Part shown: in pieces, positions 54,228 through 61,639 of the stretch
Numbering within the stretch: the first letter of the stretch is position 1
Layout: every line of letters starts with the position of its first letter
Assembly: GCA_964644355.1 (NCBI GenBank)
Contig: CAZXUW010000002.1
Coordinates: forward strand, 41,254 to 105,253
Reading direction: 5' to 3'
DNA length: 64,000 nucleotides
Source: an uncultured Bacteroides sp.
Lineage (GTDB): Bacteria; Bacillota; Clostridia; Christensenellales; CAG-917
Notes under the pieces: model-generated
Database searches by the model: none
What the model was told of the DNA's origin: nothing
What the model saw: the letters and a program-made list of their open reading frames with translations, nothing else
Position numbers and translations under genes: made by a program

Positions 54228-55748
54228 TCAGTCCCCTTCGTTTTCCGATGCACTGCCGTCAAGAATGTTGATGTATTCAAGGATATAAGCTTCCATTTCT
54301 TTGCTTAAACCCGATTGTTTATCGTTGATACGCTCATACAATTTTGCAACGTAATCATTCCAAACCTCGCCATAAGGCACGTGTTCTGCAGAGTTTGGAT
54401 CATACACGGCATCGTTTCCGCCGTACACGACGTCACCGTCACCTGCACCGCCACCGCTCGACGATCCGTCCCCCGGACCGATATCACCGCCGGAAATACC
54501 CGGCAAATCCAACTCGTCTTGCGTAAGCGTCACACTGAATATGTCTGCAAGCCTATTGAATATATAGTCGTCCATTATGCGATTGTACACTTGCTCGACA
54601 AGCACTTTGGATGCGGATGAAATAAAGGTAGAACAGGAGTCCGACACGATAGATTTCATATAATCTACAAACAAGCCGTACTCCTCGACAACCGGTGTCA
54701 GTCTTGTGGAAAAATCTGCCAATGCCAAATACAATTCGTCCTCGGCAAGTGCCTCGATAGGTGCACCGTCCTCCACCATGCTCTCATTGAACGGATTGAG
54801 GAATGCCTCCACTGCATTTTTGATTTCCGCATCCGCCGTCAAATTTTTCACCTTTGCAATGAATGAATTTGTAAACACGGAAAGTTGAGCACGTATTCTT
54901 TCTTCGGATGCCTGACTGCACGCCTTGACCACCGACATTGAGTTGATCTCGACGTCATTGCTCTGTTTGTATGAGTCACACGCCGATACCAATGCCCTTG
55001 TGAAATCGGCAAGTCCCGTATATGCATTCAACCTGAGTGCTATGTCACGATAGGTGTTGGCAAGAACAACTGCCTTGTCAATTGCCTTTGCACAATTACG
55101 CACAGACTCTCTCATCTCTGCATTTGTCTTTGCATTGGTCAACTGATCCTTGAGAAGCTCCAGTGCAGTGACACTCGGGATCATAACCTCGTCTTTAAGA
55201 TCTGAAGACTTAACCTCTGAAATGAGCTGTTCAAGAACCTTCAAATCCCAATCACTCAACGTAAAATCATCGGGAACAGTAGGAGCAACAAACTTTGACG
55301 GCAGCAAAATACCCGTCAAGAAGATGGATAATCCAAGCACTGCAACAAGGATATATTGCCATATCTTTGCAAAAGAAAGTTTTTTCTTGGGAAGATTTTT
55401 CAGTCTGTTCTCTGCATCCTCTCTCTGTATCTTGAGCATATCCCCTTCTTGCTCTGAAAACTCAACCATAGTTTGAACTTTTTCATTCAAGCCATATTCA
55501 AAGTCAAGCAATCTTGAGAGTGACTTGTTTGTGTGACGTGTCAACAAAAATGTGATGCCAAAAGCTATCGCAAATCCGCCCAAAGCTATGATAACATAAT
55601 AGTAGGACGCCATCCACACAGCACCAAGCTTTATGCCCAGCATAACGGCACCTACACAGAAAAGTGCAGAAAAAACACCTGCGATAATACTCTTGATTAT
55701 CGCAAGCAAAAGGTATTTCTTTTTCAACTTTTTGAAGGTTTCCGTCAT
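54228..55748 (-). CDS. membrane protein (3 TM, helical ectodomain, Gly/Asp-rich C-terminal segment), first gene of the MoxR operon
   Basis: 506-aa ORF 47 nt upstream of moxR. I recognised no family. Confidence 0.65.
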   Translation of the reverse strand: MTETFKKLKKKYLLLAIIKSIIAGVFSALFCVGAVMLGIKLGAVWMASYYYVIIALGGFAIAFGITFLLTRHTNKSLSRLLDFEYGLNEKVQTMVEFSEQEGDMLKIQREDAENRLKNLPKKKLSFAKIWQYILVAVLGLSIFLTGILLPSKFVAPTVPDDFTLSDWDLKVLEQLISEVKSSDLKDEVMIPSVTALELLKDQLTNAKTNAEMRESVRNCAKAIDKAVVLANTYRDIALRLNAYTGLADFTRALVSACDSYKQSNDVEINSMSVVKACSQASEERIRAQLSVFTNSFIAKVKNLTADAEIKNAVEAFLNPFNESMVEDGAPIEALAEDELYLALADFSTRLTPVVEEYGLFVDYMKSIVSDSCSTFISSASKVLVEQVYNRIMDDYIFNRLADIFSVTLTQDELDLPGISGGDIGPGDGSSSGGGAGDGDVVYGGNDAVYDPNSAEHVPYGEVWNDYVAKLYERINDKQSGLSKEMEAYILEYINILDGSASENEGD

Positions 55749-55782
55749 AGCTTCTCGTCTGCAAACCTATTTATGCCGGGAT

Positions 55783-55808
55783 TTTATGCCATATTTTTGG
55801 CATAAAAC
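55783..55808. promoter_or_regulatory. perfect 9-bp inverted repeat TTTTATGCC-n8-GGCATAAAA
   Basis: Read directly; lies 35-60 nt upstream of ATG 55748. Confidence 0.45.
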
Positions 55809-55985
55809 GCATAAAATATGTATATCCATTGTATATTTATGCAAATAATTTTATCACAAGACTGTCAATAAGTCAATTAAAACATTCTTAAAATAATAAG
55901 ATGAAAATTCAATGCATATTTTTTTTGCAAAATCTTGCCAAACGCTTGCCAAAGTCCGCAAATTATTGTAATATGTCTATGCTTT

Positions 55986-56062
55986 GGAGGCATAGCCCAG
56001 TTGGTTAGAGCGCTACGTTGACATCGTAGAGGTCATAAGTTCGAGTCTTATTGTCTCCACCA
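55986..56062 (+). tRNA. tRNA-Val (anticodon GAC) with encoded CCA
   Basis: Cloverleaf folded by hand: acceptor GGAGGCA/TGTCTCC, anticodon stem CTACG/CGTAG with loop TTGACAT, T arm ATAAG-TTCGAGT-CTTAT. There is one C-A mismatch in the D stem. Confidence 0.9.
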
Positions 56063-56067
56063 CTACA

Positions 56068-56117
56068 AACCTAAAACGAACTCCTTTTTTATGAGAGAAA
56101 ACGTTTTAGGTTTTTTA
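56068..56117 (+). terminator. terminator-like hairpin after the tRNA
   Basis: AACCTAAAACG...CGTTTTAGGTT followed by TTTTTT. The loop is large (23 nt). Confidence 0.55.
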
Positions 56118-56187
56118 TTTTGCTTTGGAAAATGTAATTGTGTTTGTAGTCTTATCCGTATATCGCAATATAACGCTGACGCATTTT

Positions 56188-56295
56188 GATATCATCACCG
56201 AACAATGTGAGGTGCATATCATCAGCCCTTGGCGCTGCATATCATCACGCATAAGCGTGTATAACCGCAACTTGATGATATACGCCACTCTGCGT
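56188..56295. repeat. array of ATATCATCA boxes, each running into a short GC hairpin
   Basis: Three direct copies (56189, 56216, 56239) and one inverted copy (56273-56281). The associated hairpins are CACC/GGTG, CAGC/GCTG, CACGC/GCGTG and ACGC/GCGT. Confidence 0.55.
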
Positions 56296-56332
56296 CGGTG
56301 ATTGCGGATTGAGAATTTCAGTCATTTCATCT

Positions 56333-56368
56333 AAAAACCGCCGAGCGAAACTATTTGGCTCAGCGGTT
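56333..56368 (-). terminator. intrinsic terminator of the nitroreductase operon
   Basis: CCGCCGAGC...GCTCAGCGG stem (one mismatch) followed by UUUUU on the minus transcript. Confidence 0.7.
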
Positions 56369-56386
56369 GTGTTTTAATTGCGATAA

Positions 56387-56920
56387 TTATTTGACGTAGA
56401 TGGTTGCAATGCGATTTTCGGGAATCTCTCGAATTTCGTACTTGCCGTCGAACTTTCCGAGCGCAATCGCACAACAAGGCGTAAATCCGTCCGACACGCC
56501 AAGTTCTTTGGCAAGGTCTTTGTTACCGCCAAGAGCCGCTACCGCACCCCAAATATGGCAAGCGCCAACGCCGAGTTCGGTTGCTGTTAGTGCCATATTT
56601 TGGACGAGCGTTGCTGTATTTGAATAATTTACGTTATTTAACGTTGCTCCGTTTGCCATGGAAGACACCAAAATCACCGTTGGTGCACCATAAAACGGGT
56701 GCATATCAGGATTGCCGACCATATCTGCCATTGCTTTTTCCCATTTGCCGAGCAATGCTTGATTTGTAATCACGGAAAGGGAAAGAGTGTCATACATGGC
56801 ACGCCCCACGGGTGAAGCGTACGCCGACTTCAAAATCTCTTTCAACTGCGTTTCGCTGATGCTTTCGCCATTAAAATTTCGAATCGTTCTTCTACTGTAA
56901 ATCGCTTCTAAAGTATTCAT
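56387..56920 (-). CDS. nitroreductase-family protein
   Basis: N-terminus EAIYSRRTIRNF, with overall length and pattern of NADH/FMN nitroreductases. AAGGAG RBS at ATG 56920. Confidence 0.85.
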   Translation of the reverse strand: MNTLEAIYSRRTIRNFNGESISETQLKEILKSAYASPVGRAMYDTLSLSVITNQALLGKWEKAMADMVGNPDMHPFYGAPTVILVSSMANGATLNNVNYSNTATLVQNMALTATELGVGACHIWGAVAALGGNKDLAKELGVSDGFTPCCAIALGKFDGKYEIREIPENRIATIYVK

Positions 56921-56936
56921 TTTTTTGTTCTCCTTA

Positions 56937-57890
56937 TTATAGAATCTTTGCAACTCCTCCGCTAAAACGGAAATTCCGCATAGATCTCCCTTTTATTTTT
57001 TCCGCAGAGATAATATTTTCCAATTGTGTGATTTCTTCTTCCGTCAACTCAAAGCGTAGCGCATCAATTGCACTTTGCAAATGTTGCGGATTCGTCGTTC
57101 CGATCAAGCTTTGCACATGATCGTATTTTGAAAGAGACCACAAAAGTGCAAGTTGCGACAAAGAACACCCTTTTTGATCGGCAATTTCTTTCACTTTTTT
57201 AATCACCGAAAGATTGTGTTCTCGATTTTCTATCGAAAGCAATCCCATTGCCATACGTGGATTTTTTGCCCCGTCTGTCAAAATATCGTCCGTGAGCAAA
57301 CCGTGCCCCACTGTTCCGAACGCAAGCACTTTCACGCCCAGCTCTTTTGCCGTCGCAATCAATTCGTCCTCAATGCCTCTTTCTATAAGCGAATATTCCA
57401 TTTCAACCGTGTGAATAGGATGCACCTTGCATGCACGACGAAGAGTTTCAGCATCCACCATGGAAAGACCAATATGTTTTACATAGCCGGCTTTTACCTC
57501 GTCCGCAATTGCCCCAACGACGTCTTCAACAGGAATTTCCGTGTCCATTCTTGCCGGTTGATATAAATCGACGTAATCAAGCCCTAAACGACGCAAAGAA
57601 TATGTCAAATGTCCTTTTACGTTGAACGGATTGACGTCTAAACCATAAATTCCGCCTTGCGGTGACGGCAACACACCGAATTTCACTGAAAGAAAATAGT
57701 CGTCTCTATTGACGCTCTTTAACGCTTGTCCCACTATCATTTCACTTTCGCCCGCATTATAAAACTCGCCCGTATTCAAAAGCGTAACACCGCTATCCAA
57801 CGCATAACGAATAGTTTTTAACGAATTTTCCGGATTGCGATAACAAGACATTCCCATGCAACCAAGCCCCAAACGATCAAGTTGTTTCAT
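56937..57890 (-). CDS. aldo/keto reductase
   Basis: LGLGCMGMS, AGESE, YVDLYQ and GLS motifs of AKR family members. GAGGAG RBS. Confidence 0.9.
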   Translation of the reverse strand: MKQLDRLGLGCMGMSCYRNPENSLKTIRYALDSGVTLLNTGEFYNAGESEMIVGQALKSVNRDDYFLSVKFGVLPSPQGGIYGLDVNPFNVKGHLTYSLRRLGLDYVDLYQPARMDTEIPVEDVVGAIADEVKAGYVKHIGLSMVDAETLRRACKVHPIHTVEMEYSLIERGIEDELIATAKELGVKVLAFGTVGHGLLTDDILTDGAKNPRMAMGLLSIENREHNLSVIKKVKEIADQKGCSLSQLALLWSLSKYDHVQSLIGTTNPQHLQSAIDALRFELTEEEITQLENIISAEKIKGRSMRNFRFSGGVAKIL

Positions 57891-57910
57891 ATTATTTTCT
57901 CCTCTTTGCG

Positions 57911-58321
57911 TTATTTTTTATCGACAGAAATCAGTTCGCTGAATTTCATAACTACGCCGTAACGATTGCTTATAACCAAATAATTTGCACGCACGGTTAC
58001 GTGATCGCCTACGCTCACTTTTTCATAGTGATCTTCCGTTGGAAAAATCACAAGTGCGTATGTTTGCCCGTTTACGCTGTCTGAAAGTTCTATCGACGGT
58101 TTATTGTGAACATCCGGTCCAACATTTTTAGCAACTCCCGTCACCTCAAAGCGTTTATCCATATACCTTTCGTAAAAGTGATTTGCATCCGCACGATATT
58201 CGTCGCAAAGCGTTTTCACCTCAAAAGGTGTGATTTGTTCTAAAAGTGGCATTGCCGTTGTTTCTATTATGTGTGTTTTTTCATCCGACGGATGTTTAGG
58301 ATAAAACGTGAGTGTTTCCAT
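57911..58321 (-). CDS. hypothetical protein, possibly OB-fold (tRNA_anti-like)
   Basis: 136 aa from ATG 58321 (GGAGAG RBS). The segment FEVTGVAKNVG...VTVRANYLV resembles OB-fold lipoprotein-like domains. This assignment is weak. Confidence 0.55.
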   Translation of the reverse strand: METLTFYPKHPSDEKTHIIETTAMPLLEQITPFEVKTLCDEYRADANHFYERYMDKRFEVTGVAKNVGPDVHNKPSIELSDSVNGQTYALVIFPTEDHYEKVSVGDHVTVRANYLVISNRYGVVMKFSELISVDKK

Positions 58322-58572
58322 ACTATTCTCTCCTTTGCGATCGCAAAATAAAATGCGAAATCTTTGCAGATATATGCACCACAATATCCCAAAGCTATTC
58401 TTCATAATTATAATAGTTTACCCCCGATGACTTGTCAAACAAAAGATAAATCCCATTAAATTGTTTCTTGTTGAAAGTAGACACAGCATATCAAACATCT
58501 CGATGTTTTGCAAGAGCGTCATCAATTGCAGACGCGATGTCGGCACGCCTATACCATGCAAGGGTTATCATT

Positions 58573-58601
58573 AAAAAAGCTCCCCATCGGGAGCATTTTT
58601 T
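58573..58601 (-). terminator. intrinsic terminator after the acyl carrier protein gene
   Basis: GCTCCC-catc-GGGAGC flanked by A and T runs. Confidence 0.8.
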
Positions 58602-58613
58602 ATTTTGCTATTG

Positions 58614-58841
58614 TCAAATTCTGCTTTCAATGTATTTTGCCACGTCACCAAGCGTTCTCAATTTGTCGATATCCTCATCATCGACCACAACGCCCCATTC
58701 GTCCTCAACAGACATAACAAGATCGACAATGTCAAGGCTATCGAGCTTGAGATCATTCATAATATCGGTATTCTCGTCAAAAGAACTTGCGTCCTTTCCC
58801 AAAACGTCTTTGATAATTTCTTTGATTTTATCCAGCACCAT
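58614..58841 (-). CDS. acyl carrier protein (stand-alone)
   Basis: 75 aa with the LDSLDIVDLV phosphopantetheine attachment motif. AAGGAGG RBS. Confidence 0.85.
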   Translation of the reverse strand: MVLDKIKEIIKDVLGKDASSFDENTDIMNDLKLDSLDIVDLVMSVEDEWGVVVDDEDIDKLRTLGDVAKYIESRI

Positions 58842-58957
58842 ATTGCCTCCTTATTTGCAAAAACATATGCCAAACGGCATCTTATTTCTTGTACATTATA
58901 TCACACTATCCCACACATTTCAAGTACCTGTAGTGCTTGGCTTTGATTGACGTGCAA

Positions 58958-59455
58958 TCAACCTTCCTCAACGGCTTTTGGATCTATCTCATACGCTCTT
59001 ATGCTTTGCTCGGGAGCACATACGCATGCGTGAAAATCGCCGAAAACCGGGAAATGTTCAAAATGAGCATCGTCGGGGATCTCGCATCTCAACTGTTTAA
59101 GACCACATCCAACGTACTTGAGATAGCTCTCTCTTTGCGTCCACTGCTCAAAGAATTCCTCGCTATCCTCCGCCTCGATAAAGTCGAACTTTGCAAAATC
59201 AATATCCCTGATTTTTTCAATATCCACTCCGATAGGAGTGTGTGAAATGCCCAGCATAACCACTCCGTGCGAATGGGATAAATTGAAAAAGACGTCCTCG
59301 CAATCGAAACAAGGCTTCTGCCCCTCACTGCGGATGATTGCCACTTCAACGGGCAAATCCGTGCCGAATTGCGACATTATATCACGATAATGCCCATAGC
59401 AAAACTTCACAAATTTATCGCTGTCAACCTCTCCTCTAGCAAAGAAAAGAATCAT
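58958..59455 (-). CDS. Sfp-type 4-phosphopantetheinyl transferase (short form)
   Basis: Motifs GQKPCF, FNLSHSHG, IGVDIE and WTQRESYLKYVG. Its ATG shares one base with the hom stop (TAATG). Confidence 0.75.
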   Translation of the reverse strand: MILFFARGEVDSDKFVKFCYGHYRDIMSQFGTDLPVEVAIIRSEGQKPCFDCEDVFFNLSHSHGVVMLGISHTPIGVDIEKIRDIDFAKFDFIEAEDSEEFFEQWTQRESYLKYVGCGLKQLRCEIPDDAHFEHFPVFGDFHACVCAPEQSIRAYEIDPKAVEEG

Positions 59456-60723
59456 TATTCCTCCACTCTGATGAGGGCAACGGCGGATGCCAATCCCTTA
59501 TTCTCAACGTCTGCAATCAGCGCCTTGACAACACTCTCTTTGGTCTTGTTTGTCATCACCACTGCATACGCACTGCCCTCAACGCTCTTGTCAATGCAGT
59601 TGTCGATATTCACGCTGCTACTCTCAAAAATATCGCAAATTTTGCTAGTATTTTGATTGTTTTCAAGGGCAAATCTCACGTAATATCCACACTCGAAATC
59701 ATCTGCAAACTGCACGTTTTCAGCATTATTTTCACACTCGAAAGCAAATCTTCTATGGCTGTTTGCAAGCCCTGCATACACGATGTCGCTCACAATCGCG
59801 CTTGCGGTCGGAAACGCACCTGCACCCCTTCCGTACAACATGATATCATCCACGTTGTCACCATGGATATACAATGCGTTAAACGGACCGCTTACTGAAG
59901 CGAGCGGATGCTTTGAATTGATCAAAGTAGGATGCACTCTTGCCTCGATTTTGCCGTCCGCAAAACTTGACACGGCAAGCAATTTGATTGCATATCCAAG
60001 TGATTTTGCAATGTCTATATCCACAATATCCAAAGAGGAAATTCCCTCTCTGTAAATATTTTCGATAGGCACTCTAACCTTGTATGCCAAAGAAGACAAA
60101 ATGCTGTTTTTGTACGTAGCGTCAAACCCGTCTACGTCGGCTGTCGGATTTGCCTCTGCATAGCCAAGTTCCTGCGCTTGCTTAAGACAAGAAGCATAGT
60201 CCAATCCTTCCTCGCTCATGCGTGACAAGATATAATTTGTCGTGCCGTTGACAATGCCCTTTAGCGAAGTGATCGAGTTGGCTTGCATAGCTTCCGTAAG
60301 CGTTCTTATGACAGGCACACCGCCCACGCAACTTGCCTCAAAATATATGCCGGCACCCGTTTTTTGAGCCACTTCCTCAAGCTCGCTCCAACTCTTTGCC
60401 AACATCTCCTTGTTTGCAGTAACGACACTTTTTCCATGCAAAAGTGACAGTTTAAGGAAGCTTTTTGCCGGTTCGACACCGCCAAAGAATTCTGCAACCA
60501 CTTGAATATTCTCGTCTTGAACAATCTCGTCAATACCGCTTGCGATCAAGCTGTGATCAACGCCAAGCTCATCGCATCTTGCAATATTTCTCTCAAGCAC
60601 TTTGACAACTTCGATGTCAAGCCCTTCATTCTTTTTTATCATCTCACGCTTGTCTTTGAGAATGGAATAAACTCCACCGCCGACAACGCCAAGCCCTAAA
60701 AGTGCAACTCCGATTTTTTTCAT
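59455..60723 (-). CDS. hom: homoserine dehydrogenase
   Basis: N-terminal Rossmann motif GLGVVGGGV, a catalytic-domain pattern, and a C-terminal ACT-like domain. GTGGAG RBS at ATG 60723. Confidence 0.9.
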   Translation of the reverse strand: MKKIGVALLGLGVVGGGVYSILKDKREMIKKNEGLDIEVVKVLERNIARCDELGVDHSLIASGIDEIVQDENIQVVAEFFGGVEPAKSFLKLSLLHGKSVVTANKEMLAKSWSELEEVAQKTGAGIYFEASCVGGVPVIRTLTEAMQANSITSLKGIVNGTTNYILSRMSEEGLDYASCLKQAQELGYAEANPTADVDGFDATYKNSILSSLAYKVRVPIENIYREGISSLDIVDIDIAKSLGYAIKLLAVSSFADGKIEARVHPTLINSKHPLASVSGPFNALYIHGDNVDDIMLYGRGAGAFPTASAIVSDIVYAGLANSHRRFAFECENNAENVQFADDFECGYYVRFALENNQNTSKICDIFESSSVNIDNCIDKSVEGSAYAVVMTNKTKESVVKALIADVENKGLASAVALIRVEE

Positions 60724-60779
60724 ATATACTCCACTATCGCAACGTATTTTGCGACACAATTTCATTTGTTTTGTTGTTG

Positions 60780-61556
60780 TTATTTTGCCACGCTTCTATC
60801 GTAAATTATTTTCAATCCCTTCAGTGCAAGAGCACGATCTTTTATGTCGATTATGTCAGGTTCTACACTGTCCACCAACTCGCACAAGCCACCTGTGGCA
60901 ATCACCTTTGCACCCTTCATTTCATCAAGCTCTTTGTACTTTGACACCATATATTTCACAAGCCCCGTATAGCCGTAAACTATACCGCTTTGCATGCAAC
61001 TTTTGGTGCTTTTGCCGATAATATTCTCGGGTTTTTCAAGCTCTATTCTTGGGAGTTTTGCAGCGGTTGAAACAAGTGATTCCGTTGCCGTCTTTATGCC
61101 CGGAGCGATTGCGCCACCAAGATATCTGCCGTCCTTTGTGACAAGATTGAAGGTGGTTGCAGTGCCAAAATCCACCACGATTGCAGGCCCACCGTACAGA
61201 TGATATGCAGAGCAAACGTCCACAATCCTATCCGAGCCGAGTTGAGATGGATGTTCATAGCAAATTTCAATCCCCGTATTCGTCTTGTGGGACAAAACGA
61301 GCGGAGCTTTGCCAAGATAATATTTGCACATATGCTCAAAGGTATAATTGAGAGCAGGTGCGACGGATGACATCACGCAAGCGTCGATATCTTTGAAGCT
61401 CATACCTCTCTGCTCCAAAAGACTGCCCAACGTCATGCCGTACTCATCAGAAGTGCGAGCAACGTTTGTGCTTATACGCCACGATGCGACAAGTTCGTCA
61501 TTGTCAAAAATGCCGTATTTGACGTTTGTGTTGCCAATATCCAATACTAAAATCAT
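60780..61556 (-). CDS. coaX: type III pantothenate kinase
   Basis: ILVLDIGNTN, VVDFGTATT and ATGG motifs. ATG 61556 has GGAG upstream; the ORF-track start is a GTG. Confidence 0.9.
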   Translation of the reverse strand: MILVLDIGNTNVKYGIFDNDELVASWRISTNVARTSDEYGMTLGSLLEQRGMSFKDIDACVMSSVAPALNYTFEHMCKYYLGKAPLVLSHKTNTGIEICYEHPSQLGSDRIVDVCSAYHLYGGPAIVVDFGTATTFNLVTKDGRYLGGAIAPGIKTATESLVSTAAKLPRIELEKPENIIGKSTKSCMQSGIVYGYTGLVKYMVSKYKELDEMKGAKVIATGGLCELVDSVEPDIIDIKDRALALKGLKIIYDRSVAK

Positions 61557-61639
61557 ACTCACTCCATAAGCATAACAGAATTATATTTTACTGGGAAAAC
61601 ATTGTATCAAAAGTGCGAGACTTTTTCAATAGTTTGCGT

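Noticed and set aside
56188-56295. CRISPR-like interpretation of the short repeat arrays (ATATCATCA boxes, CCACGCAAAAA tandem, ATTAGGCAAA tandem)
   Set aside because: The repeats are only 9-11 nt, with 2-4 copies and irregular or zero spacers, and there are no cas genes. This is not a CRISPR array.
55986-58405. tRNA-Val followed by small accessory-looking redox genes, considered as a possible integrated island
   Set aside because: There is no integrase or recombinase. I found no direct repeat of the tRNA 3-prime end downstream, and the genes are ordinary nitroreductase and aldo-keto reductase types.
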